A stretch of DNA of 32,000 nucleotides from Acaryochloris marina MBIC11017. Its GTDB lineage: Bacteria > Cyanobacteriota > Cyanobacteriia > Thermosynechococcales > Thermosynechococcaceae. The position numbers and the translations under genes were made by a program. Where the stretch lies: contig NC_009926.1 of assembly GCF_000018105.1 (NCBI RefSeq), forward strand, positions 342,162 to 374,161, given 5' to 3'. This document shows positions 1-6,906 of the stretch, piece after piece. Under the pieces are notes generated by a model. It was not told the origin of the DNA. It did not search any database and worked only from the letters and a program-made list of their open reading frames with translations. How positions within the stretch are numbered: position 1 is the stretch's first letter; every line of letters starts with the position of its first letter.

Positions 1-69
1 TTGCCGGAAATTGACGAGCTAGATGATGTAGACCTTGATGATCTACTGAAAGATTTACAACAAGATTGA
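1..69 (+). CDS. 3' end of an unidentified ORF entering from the left edge (acidic tail LPEIDELDDVDLDDLLKDLQQD)
   Basis: Frame 1 is open from nt 1 to TGA at 67-69. Only 22 codons are visible, so no family can be assigned. Confidence 0.3.
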   Translation: MPEIDELDDVDLDDLLKDLQQD

Positions 70-104
70 GGCTTGGAAATATTAATCGACAAGATTAACC
101 ATAC

Positions 105-596
105 ATGGATCCAAATAACCTAGCCGTCTGGAAAAACTTGGAGACTCGTCTGGGGACTCCTTTCAGAAAAAATATGGTGGATCTTGTGTTGGAAATGGCC
201 CGAGATCGCACCACCGATCCACATAAGATAGCGACTTGGATGGTGACGACCTCTACCTATATCTGCTCTGCTATTTTCGGGACTAACGATCCCATGCCTT
301 TGCTCTTTCTATACGTCCGGGCACTAGATATCCAATACCCAGACACCATGCAGGAGATTTATGAAATATTTTCCGATGAAGGTCTAGTGAAATATGCTCC
401 CTCATCTCTTAAGCGTGGCGACTTCACGAGTATCCTCTGGGCTGCTGGTTCAACCTTTGCCAACGGCGAATTGAAACTGATAGATGACGAGATTCATATC
501 AACCCAAAAGGTTTACAGCGATTGAGATCGATTTGGCAAGCACCCACTAGAAAGTTCAATAACCCTTCAGGCAACGCTGAGTATCCAAGCCAATAG
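105..596 (+). CDS. hypothetical protein, paralog A of a duplicated ~160-aa family
   Basis: 163-codon ORF that aligns end to end with the product of 1850..2332. Shared blocks include MDPN.L..WKNLETRL, DP.KIATWM.TTS, DPMPLL and AAGSTFANGEL. Conservation between the paralogs argues for real coding. Confidence 0.7.
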   Translation: MDPNNLAVWKNLETRLGTPFRKNMVDLVLEMARDRTTDPHKIATWMVTTSTYICSAIFGTNDPMPLLFLYVRALDIQYPDTMQEIYEIFSDEGLVKYAPSSLKRGDFTSILWAAGSTFANGELKLIDDEIHINPKGLQRLRSIWQAPTRKFNNPSGNAEYPSQ

Positions 597-791
597 TAAG
601 GGCGGTGACTAGAGGCGAACAGCATAGACCTCTAAGATCAAATTAACCACCTCTCCGCAAGCGGAAGAGGTATCGAAGATCTTTCACTTCCAAACCGTCG
701 ATTTGGACTGTAAGCCAAGTAATTCGCTGCAAGCAGCGGGGATGTATCCTTTCTAGATTCAACCCTACCCAGTCTCAACTAAACGCGAAGT

Positions 792-1139
792 TCAATCATG
801 CCAACAGCCGCTACCTAGCTTGTAAAGAGTATGGGCAAATATACGTTCATCTCGTTCCTCAAGAATGTTCTCGACCTTAGCTCGATATCGTTGCCACAAA
901 CCATCCAGGTCTCTGGCTGGTCTATCGATCAATACCGTTGGTGTTGTCTGACTTTCTTTGATGTGTGTTGCTACAAATTCTCCTCGCTGTTCACACGTAG
1001 GATATTTAACCAGCAACTGTTCGACCGTGGGCAATCTAACATGCACAACATCGATGTAAAGAAATCCTGCAATCACTATTACAAGCGGAGCAATAACAAT
1101 CAAGAAAGCCCCAATTGCATAATCGCTGAGTTTCTTCAT
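792..1139 (-). CDS. small membrane-anchored hypothetical protein
   Basis: ORF 792..1145. GAGGAGG (reverse complement of 1147-1153) lies 7 nt before the second ATG (1139), so that start is preferred. N-terminal hydrophobic helix AIGAFLIVIAPLVIVIAGFLYI. The antisense ORF 831..1184 is Cys/Trp-rich and looks like a shadow. Confidence 0.5.
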   Translation of the reverse strand: MKKLSDYAIGAFLIVIAPLVIVIAGFLYIDVVHVRLPTVEQLLVKYPTCEQRGEFVATHIKESQTTPTVLIDRPARDLDGLWQRYRAKVENILEERDERIFAHTLYKLGSGCWHD

Positions 1140-1151
1140 ATTCATGCCTCC

Positions 1152-1340
1152 TCAATTACTGGATATCGGCAACCTGATGCTTGACATAGCTTGATTTTGA
1201 GTCTCTCTTAGTTTCTGAACATCAACCCATTCAGCTTCATCAAGATTGCTGATGACATCACTGACCCTTGCCGAGAGAACTTCTTGACCTACTCTCACTG
1301 TATCCAAGACGGCACCCCTTGGCTTATCCTCTATCCTCAA
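1152..1340 (-). CDS. small hypothetical protein (TTG start), possibly translationally coupled to 792..1139
   Basis: 62-codon ORF whose TGA (1152-1154) overlaps the Shine-Dalgarno of the downstream gene. No recognisable family. Confidence 0.3.
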   Translation of the reverse strand: MRIEDKPRGAVLDTVRVGQEVLSARVSDVISNLDEAEWVDVQKLRETQNQAMSSIRLPISSN

Positions 1341-1372
1341 GGTAAATTATCCCTGGACTCAAACAGGGGGGT

Positions 1373-1777
1373 ATGACAATGGGCGCATCAGGAGTTGGCA
1401 GTTTCGATAACGATAATGCAATGGACTGGGTGGCAGAGCTAGAAGGCTACGCTGATGATAGTCCGATTGTTGATGCACTGAATACCGTCATCGATCAAGC
1501 TGACGACTCTCCAGGAACACTGGATTGCTCCATCGCCATTGCAGCGGCAGAGGTGGTTGCTGCACAGTTAGGTCATCCTCATGAAGACTGCCCAGAAGAA
1601 ATTGAGGTATGGGTGGAAGGTCATCCAGCCCCCTCAGCAACGAGGGTTGCCCAGGCTCGACAGGCAATTGAGGTAATTCTGGCTGAGTCAGAACTCAAGG
1701 GGCTTTGGGAGAACTCAGGTGGCTTGGAGGAATGGCAGGGAGCGATGGAGGATCTGCTGTCTAGACTGCCATATTGA
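1373..1777 (+). CDS. DUF4259-like protein
   Basis: 134-codon ORF. The N-terminal GVGSFDNDNAMDWVAELE matches the G.G.FDND.A.D motif I associate with DUF4259. Acidic helical remainder. Confidence 0.6.
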   Translation: MTMGASGVGSFDNDNAMDWVAELEGYADDSPIVDALNTVIDQADDSPGTLDCSIAIAAAEVVAAQLGHPHEDCPEEIEVWVEGHPAPSATRVAQARQAIEVILAESELKGLWENSGGLEEWQGAMEDLLSRLPY

Positions 1778-1849
1778 GTGATGGTTTAAGAAAACTATTC
1801 GGCTAATTTGGGTATCCAAGGATAAAGCAAGTGAAAGCCTTAAGCTCAA

Positions 1850-2332
1850 ATGGATCCGAATACTTTAATCGCCTGGAAAAACTTAGAGACTCGTCTGGAT
1901 GTTCCCTTTAGGAATAATATGATGGCTCTCCTTTTAGAGATGGCACGAGAACGGACAGCCGATCCCCAAAAGATTGCCACCTGGATGTTGACCACATCTG
2001 CTTGTATCTGCAATGCCGTGTTTGGCATCGATGATCCGATGCCTCTGCTCTCTCTCTACATTCGAGTGTTATGTGATCACTATCCTCGCACCATAGAACA
2101 AATTGCGCAGATATATTCTTACGGTAGCTTGAAGCGATATGTCCCTGTTATTGCAGATCGCGATGATTTCATTGGTATCCTCAGTGCGGCTGGTTCAACC
2201 TTTGCGAATGGTGAACTGATACTGATGGATGGTGAAATCGATGTCAGCCAAAAAGGATTGGAGCGATTTCAATTGATCTGGAAAGCACCCGCCGTGAAGC
2301 TTGCGAATCCTGGACCTTCAGTTTTATGGTGA
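1850..2332 (+). CDS. hypothetical protein, paralog B of the 105..596 family
   Basis: 160-codon ORF. The first ~75 nt are also similar to 105..596 at the nucleotide level (atggatcc.aata...ctggaaaaactt.gagactcgtctgg). Confidence 0.7.
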   Translation: MDPNTLIAWKNLETRLDVPFRNNMMALLLEMARERTADPQKIATWMLTTSACICNAVFGIDDPMPLLSLYIRVLCDHYPRTIEQIAQIYSYGSLKRYVPVIADRDDFIGILSAAGSTFANGELILMDGEIDVSQKGLERFQLIWKAPAVKLANPGPSVLW

Positions 2333-2528
2333 TGTCTTAGTGATGAAAATAACAGCTCCTCAAAATAGTCATTCTGGGGAGCTGTTCAAGTGAGGAGGTT
2401 CTCAAGTAACGCTCAGAGAAGTTCGTTGTTGCTGTTAGAGTGCCCGTACCCGCTGTGTATTTCTAGCTCAATTACAATCCTTAAAGAAACCCTGAACTGT
2501 AATATCTGCAACGATTCAGGCCATTTAT

Positions 2529-2696
2529 ATGAACAAAGGCGAATGAGTCGATGTCATCGCTGGGAATATTGGAGTCACCAAGAAGCAGACCGATACCATC
2601 CTCTCAGCAATTACAGAAACCATTATTGAGACAATCAGATCCAGTGAGAAGGTCACTCTTGCAACTTCTTCGACACTCTCATATTCAGCGCACTAA
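2529..2696 (+). pseudogene. HU (histone-like DNA-binding protein) gene fragment with an in-frame stop and 3' truncation
   Basis: ATG 2529 gives MNKGE, then TGA (2544-2546), then in the same frame VDVIAGNIGVTKKQTDTILSAITETIIETIRSSEKVTL. This matches the HU N-terminus (MNKGELVD....GVTKKQ.D..L.A....I.......KVTL.GFG.F) with the conserved Leu codon replaced by TGA. Similarity is lost after ~2661 (the GFG.F..R arm is absent). Confidence 0.65.
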
Positions 2697-3130
2697 ACAA
2701 CTCGGACTGCAGCACCTGACAACAGCCCTAACCAAGATACAAACGCTTGTCCAACCCGGCTGGCCGCTAGTTCACAGCCAGATATCAATATTTCAGCGCT
2801 ATCTGATAAATACTCTCGCCATTGGCGAATCTCATCAGCATACTCCCAAAGATTTTTATCACTTAAATGGGTTGTGCCCAATTCAAGCTGACCAGGTTCA
2901 CCCTTGCAAATCAGATGGAGACAAGACAGTCCCTGATATTGACTTAAGAGTGTTTTAATTTGGATAATCCCATCCGTTTCAATATCGAGAATATGAACCT
3001 CCTTGCCTAATAGAGAACTAGCCCACAAAGATTGGTAATTGTCGATGGTGGCATCAACCACAACAAGATAGGGGATACTTTGGGAAGTGTTAGCCTGAGG
3101 GACCTGCTCGGTGCTTAAACTGAAGGTCAT
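2693..3130 (-). CDS. stand-alone, C-terminally truncated DUF4347 domain protein
   Basis: 145-codon ORF. YLVVVDATIDNYQSLWAS..GKEVHILDIETDGIIQIKTLLSQYQGLSCLHLICKGEPGQLELGTTHLS..NL..YADEIRQW...L...AEILISGCELAAS..GQAFVSWLGLLSGAAV follows the DUF4347 pattern. That domain is normally the N-terminal module of giant cadherin/RTX-type cyanobacterial proteins. Here it ends a few codons after the domain. Confidence 0.7.
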   Translation of the reverse strand: MTFSLSTEQVPQANTSQSIPYLVVVDATIDNYQSLWASSLLGKEVHILDIETDGIIQIKTLLSQYQGLSCLHLICKGEPGQLELGTTHLSDKNLWEYADEIRQWREYLSDSAEILISGCELAASRVGQAFVSWLGLLSGAAVRVV

Positions 3131-3274
3131 GGGGAAATACCTGCTCTACTATTAGCGTCGTCTTCTCAGTTACAGGAGTCACACAAATTCAAGATTAATC
3201 ACACTCTAATTCAACATACTGAGCGTAGACTGGGAAATTGCCTAACTTTTGCCTTAGTCTTAATTTAAATACTG

Positions 3275-3304
3275 CAACAAAAACCCCCTGAAGCTATCAG
3301 GGGG
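3275..3304 (-). terminator. intrinsic terminator (minus strand) with no upstream ORF
   Basis: 8-bp GC-rich stem CCCCCTGA (3284-3291) / TCAGGGGG (3297-3304) with a 5-nt loop. On the minus strand it is followed by TTTTTGTTG (reverse complement of 3275-3283). Confidence 0.5.
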
Positions 3305-3602
3305 TGTACACACAAAAAAGTTAATGAGAATTAGGTTAATAAATCTTGTAAGGGTGAGGCTGATCAGGAAAGATGGTCGATTCTTTAACCTAACTCTTTC
3401 AGTGTGATTCATAGTGGTCTGAGAACATGTTTGCAGAGGTGAGTATTATGTATAACTTCTCACTAAAGTTATTAAGAAGTTTTATCAACAAATAGATTAC
3501 CAAATACCTCTATTCATAACCGGAGAGGAAAGAAAATTAAAGGCTGGTAGACTCAGTAGCAGAGTAAACGATTGTGCTTCGTTCTCGTAACGCGAGTATG
3601 AC

Positions 3603-3640
3603 AACTGACAGGCACCACCACACACTGTCAGTTTTTTCTT
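3603..3640 (+). terminator. intrinsic terminator (plus strand) with no upstream ORF
   Basis: 9-bp stem AACTGACAG (3603-3611) / CTGTCAGTT (3625-3633), followed by a T-run (TTTTTTCTT to 3640). Confidence 0.55.
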
Positions 3641-3771
3641 GTAAACGATACACCCTCAGAATGGCCCAAGAGAGAAAACCCCCTCAAAGTACGGGGGACT
3701 CCAGGGGGTATACCGTTAAGAGTTTCACCTTATAAACAAGGGGGACTCTGAGAAAAGCCCTTTCGGAAGAT

Positions 3772-3805
3772 ACCAATCAAATGTGTGGAAATGTTGGGGG
3801 GACGG
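3772..3805 (+). repeat. G-run box, copy 1 (ACCAATCAAATGTGTGGAAATGTTGGGGGGACGG)
   Basis: One of three copies of a ~33-nt box AYCAATCAA.T.TG.GGAAAT.TTGGGG.A. It is the 3' end of a ~130-nt diverged repeat unit (3671-3805, related to 4667-4794). Confidence 0.6.
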
Positions 3806-3962
3806 AAATATTACTTTGTTCTTCCTTAAAGGTGTCCTTCCACTGTTTCCTTGTTATTAGAATCGGGAACTCTGTCTACACAATAACCGTGTGCTGATTG
3901 ATGAGTCATCTCTACCCTCGCCTCACTCAACCTCAACAAAACTGAACCAGGAGGTTCAACAT

Positions 3963-4286
3963 ATGAGCTATGAAGTTTTTCAGCCTGCTGACCTGATGGA
4001 CGGAATCAGTGCCAACCAATTACGCAGTGAGATTAACGATGCCCTAGCTAATGGTGTGAAAACGATTCTGATAGATCTTAGAGATGTCACCTTTATGAAT
4101 AGTTCCGCCATTGGTTCCTTAGTGGCTACGCTTAAATCAGTGCGAGGAGAAGATGGCACCCTCTCGTTATGCTCACTGAATGATCAGGTTCGTATTATTT
4201 TTGAATTAACCAAAATGGACCATATTTTCGATATTTATGCAGATCGCCAAGAATTTATGCATAAAAATGGTATTTCCTCCAGCTAA
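3963..4286 (+). CDS. STAS-domain protein (anti-sigma-factor antagonist family)
   Basis: ATG 3963 is preceded by AGGAGG. ILIDLRDVTFMNSSAIGSLVATLKSVRGEDGTLSLCSLNDQVRIIFELTKMDHIFDIY follows the SpoIIAA/STAS pattern. The GTG 3891 extension in the ORF track lacks an RBS. Confidence 0.8.
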   Translation: MSYEVFQPADLMDGISANQLRSEINDALANGVKTILIDLRDVTFMNSSAIGSLVATLKSVRGEDGTLSLCSLNDQVRIIFELTKMDHIFDIYADRQEFMHKNGISSS

Positions 4287-4757
4287 CCTCATCCAGGCTC
4301 TCATGAATCAAAGCTTTGTTCTCGGAAAAGATTTCAGCCGCATTGCAGAGGGTGAACTGATCATCTCTCCCCAGGTCGAGGTATTTATCCACTCCATCAT
4401 CTAGTGGAAAAACAAACCTCAAAGGGTCACTCTAAAGCTATTTACAGGTTCACCTTAACGGGAACCTGTATACCGATGGCCTGTACTGCGTTCCAGAAAT
4501 TTAGTAGGCCGGAAGGGAACCCGTAAATAGCAAGAGTGCCAGTCCTCTGACATACCCCCCAAGCATATTAACCAATGCGTAGTTTTAGGGCATTTTTGTC
4601 AGCTTAAGAAGCTCATGTGATTGCCATGAGAGGACTGAAAGGTTCCGAAACCTCATCACCAGCAGCAAGAAACCCCTCAAAGCTCTTCAGGAGATTCAAG
4701 GGGCGACCCTGTATTCATGGACATCAACAAGGTCTTAAGGAATGCTTCCCAGAATCT

Positions 4758-4794
4758 ATCAATCAAATTTGAGGAAATCTTGGGGAACGTACGG
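4758..4794 (+). repeat. G-run box, copy 2 (ATCAATCAAATTTGAGGAAATCTTGGGGAACGTACGG)
   Basis: Aligned by eye to 3772-3805 and 4913-4945. It ends the second ~130-nt unit, which starts with GAAACCCCTCAAAG (compare GAAAACCCCCTCAAAG at 3674). Confidence 0.6.
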
Positions 4795-4809
4795 CTCATC
4801 CTTAGCAGC

Positions 4810-4846
4810 AGAATCCCTCTAAAGACTCGCACTCTAGAGGGATTCT
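4810..4846. repeat. perfect 12-bp inverted repeat (stem-loop)
   Basis: AGAATCCCTCTA (4810-4821) / TAGAGGGATTCT (4835-4846) with a 13-nt loop. No flanking T-run on either strand. Confidence 0.6.
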
Positions 4847-4912
4847 AGTCTCAGCCTCTCTCCTAGAACCGTCAGGCTCCTGGGATATTGGCTGATCTTT
4901 TATTTTTAATCT

Positions 4913-4945
4913 ATCAATCAACTTTGGGGAAATTTGGGGGAAGGG
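4913..4945 (+). repeat. G-run box, copy 3 (ATCAATCAACTTTGGGGAAATTTGGGGGAAGGG)
   Basis: Third copy, 36 nt upstream of ATG 4981. It lacks the 5' part of the longer unit. Confidence 0.6.
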
Positions 4946-4980
4946 AAGACACTAGCCTTAATGCTTGCCATAATCCAGAC

Positions 4981-5187
4981 ATGAAACCCACCCAAGCCTT
5001 CTACAACGGAACTCCCATCGCCCCACCCTCAATCCATCTGACGACAGAACAGAAGATGGATCTGCTGGACTGGCATCCGATTTTCACGGGACGGTGCCCG
5101 AACTGTGAGAGGCCGATCAGGGAAACAACGCCACCGAGGAGTCACTGGGACTGTGCGGAGTGTGGATGGAGGGAGGATTTGGCGTGA
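4981..5187 (+). CDS. small Zn-ribbon protein (CPNC...CAEC)
   Basis: 68-aa ORF from ATG 4981 with two CxxC pairs (CPNCERP...CAECGW). The longer 4888 start reads through the G-run box and is not favoured. Confidence 0.5.
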   Translation: MKPTQAFYNGTPIAPPSIHLTTEQKMDLLDWHPIFTGRCPNCERPIRETTPPRSHWDCAECGWREDLA

Positions 5188-5455
5188 TTAGTTTTCATGC
5201 TTCAACTCCTTCTTTAATCTCCCGACCCTGACAGTAAAGGGGACCGCTGATCTCCAAATCTGGGATGTCCTCGGTGCTCAGCAAAGATATTCGCTATTCA
5301 TCCCGTTTAGATCATTCACTTTAGAGTTCTGCCTCTCTCATGAGCTAAAACGTTTAAAGTCTGGACACTCGCTGAGGGTTGCAATTCTGTACGCACGGTC
5401 AAACTTTTTCAAGTTTCTCCGGCAAAGTCGGGGGGTTACCAATCATTAATTAGAT

Positions 5456-5485
5456 TTGCGTATTTACCCGTTGCGTATTTACCCG
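5456..5485 (+). promoter_or_regulatory. perfect tandem 15-bp direct repeat TTGCGTATTTACCCG x2 upstream of the response-regulator gene
   Basis: 5456-5470 and 5471-5485 are identical. Each copy starts with a -35-like TTGCGT. TATGAT lies at 5492-5497 and the gene starts at 5539. Confidence 0.5.
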
Positions 5486-5538
5486 TAAAGATATGATGAC
5501 CCCATTGAGGTGTTTAATTTACGACCCAAACCCTTCTA

Positions 5539-6816
5539 ATGTCTGACTGTCAAACGTTACTTGATTTTGCCGATCAGTTGATTGAATCCAATACAGGCGC
5601 AGCGCTGAGTCAGATACAACGTTTAGTGCTGATGGAGGCATTAACCCTCCGGGCAAAAGCCAAGACCTATGACCAGGTGGCATCTGAGACAGGTTACTCC
5701 AGTGGCTACATTAAAGCAATAGCCGCTGAACTGTGGAAATTGCTGTCAAAAGTCAGTGGCAAAAAGGTCACCAAAGGTAATGTCCAAACGATGTTGCAAC
5801 AGCAGCTAAAGCATGAGCCATCACTACTGCAGGATGGGCGCTTGGTGGTTGAGACAGGGATGATCCCAAACCGACAGCCAATTATCCCTAAAGCAACGGA
5901 CGTGACGGCGGTGGTGACGGCGGCTAAAGCGACTGAAATTAAGGAGACTAACGGTAACAAGACTGACGTTAATCAAGCCGAAGTTAAGGAGAAGGCGACG
6001 GTTATACCATCCGTTATTCTGGTGGTGGATGACCAGCCTAATATCATGAACCTACTCACCAGCATTATGGAACAGGATGAGTATGAGGTCTGGCAGGCCA
6101 GCAGTGGGGCGGAGGGGTTGCAAATGGCCGCGAAGGTGCTGCCGGATTTGATTTTGCTGGATGTCAACATGCCTGATATGGATGGTTATACCGTCTGCCA
6201 GCAGCTCAAGGCAGACCCACAGACTACCGCCATTCCCATTATTTTTGTCAGCGCCCTGGATGAAAGCTGGGATAAGGTGAAAGGGTTTTCCGTCGGTGGC
6301 AGTGACTACATTACCAAACCCTTTAACACCCTAGAGGTGATTGTTCGCATTGAGGATCAACTGAAAATTCGCCAGATCCAAGACCAAATGCTGAAGGCGG
6401 ATCAAGCGCCAACTGATTCTCCTCAATCGAAGCCATCTTCCGCCAAAGCCGTCATTCTAATGGTGGATGATGAACCCAAGAACTTAGCCCTGCTGACGGA
6501 TGTATTAGAGCAGGAAGGGTATGAAATCTGGCAGGCGGATAGTGGTGCGGAGGCGTTAAGGGTGGCCGGCATGGTGCTACCGGATCTGATTCTGCTGGAT
6601 ATCAATATGCCCGATATGCAAGGCTACGATGTGTGTCAACAACTGAAAGCAAACGCTAAAACCAAACTAATTCCGGTGATTTTTGTCAGCGCCCTGGATG
6701 AAACCTGGGATAAGGTGAAGGCATTTTCTGTGGGAGGCAGTGATTACATTAATAAGCCGATTCAGATCGTTGAATTAATGGCTCGGATGAAGCATCAACT
6801 GCAAATTTGGCACTAA
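5539..6816 (+). CDS. response regulator with an N-terminal HTH-like domain and two tandem receiver domains
   Basis: Two receiver modules: VILVVDDQP...DLILLDVNMPDMDGY...SDYITKP and VILMVDDEP...DLILLDINMPDMQGY...SDYINKP. The N-terminal ~90 aa (LSQIQRLVLMEALTLRAKAKTYDQVASETGYSSGYIKAIAAELWKLLS) resembles an HTH module often seen at N-termini of cyanobacterial signalling proteins. Confidence 0.9.
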   Translation: MSDCQTLLDFADQLIESNTGAALSQIQRLVLMEALTLRAKAKTYDQVASETGYSSGYIKAIAAELWKLLSKVSGKKVTKGNVQTMLQQQLKHEPSLLQDGRLVVETGMIPNRQPIIPKATDVTAVVTAAKATEIKETNGNKTDVNQAEVKEKATVIPSVILVVDDQPNIMNLLTSIMEQDEYEVWQASSGAEGLQMAAKVLPDLILLDVNMPDMDGYTVCQQLKADPQTTAIPIIFVSALDESWDKVKGFSVGGSDYITKPFNTLEVIVRIEDQLKIRQIQDQMLKADQAPTDSPQSKPSSAKAVILMVDDEPKNLALLTDVLEQEGYEIWQADSGAEALRVAGMVLPDLILLDINMPDMQGYDVCQQLKANAKTKLIPVIFVSALDETWDKVKAFSVGGSDYINKPIQIVELMARMKHQLQIWH

Positions 6817-6906
6817 AAATTTAACGAGATGACGATGCAACGCCACTCAGCCAGGGATCTCAAACTGACAAAACCGATGGCAAATTTAGCATGAAGGAAT
6901 CATCAG

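Noticed and set aside
2390-2958. ORFs 2390..2629 (+) and 2551..2958 (+).
   Set aside because: They are alternative frames of the HU pseudogene and the antisense strand of the DUF4347 gene. Their products are low-complexity and basic, with no RBS.
3260-3412. 50-codon minus-strand ORF with a hydrophobic stretch (PSFLISLTLTRFINLILINFFVC), a possible type I toxin peptide.
   Set aside because: The minus-strand terminator hairpin (3284-3304) and its T-run lie inside the ORF, before its stop codon, so a terminated transcript could not encode it. There is no RBS.
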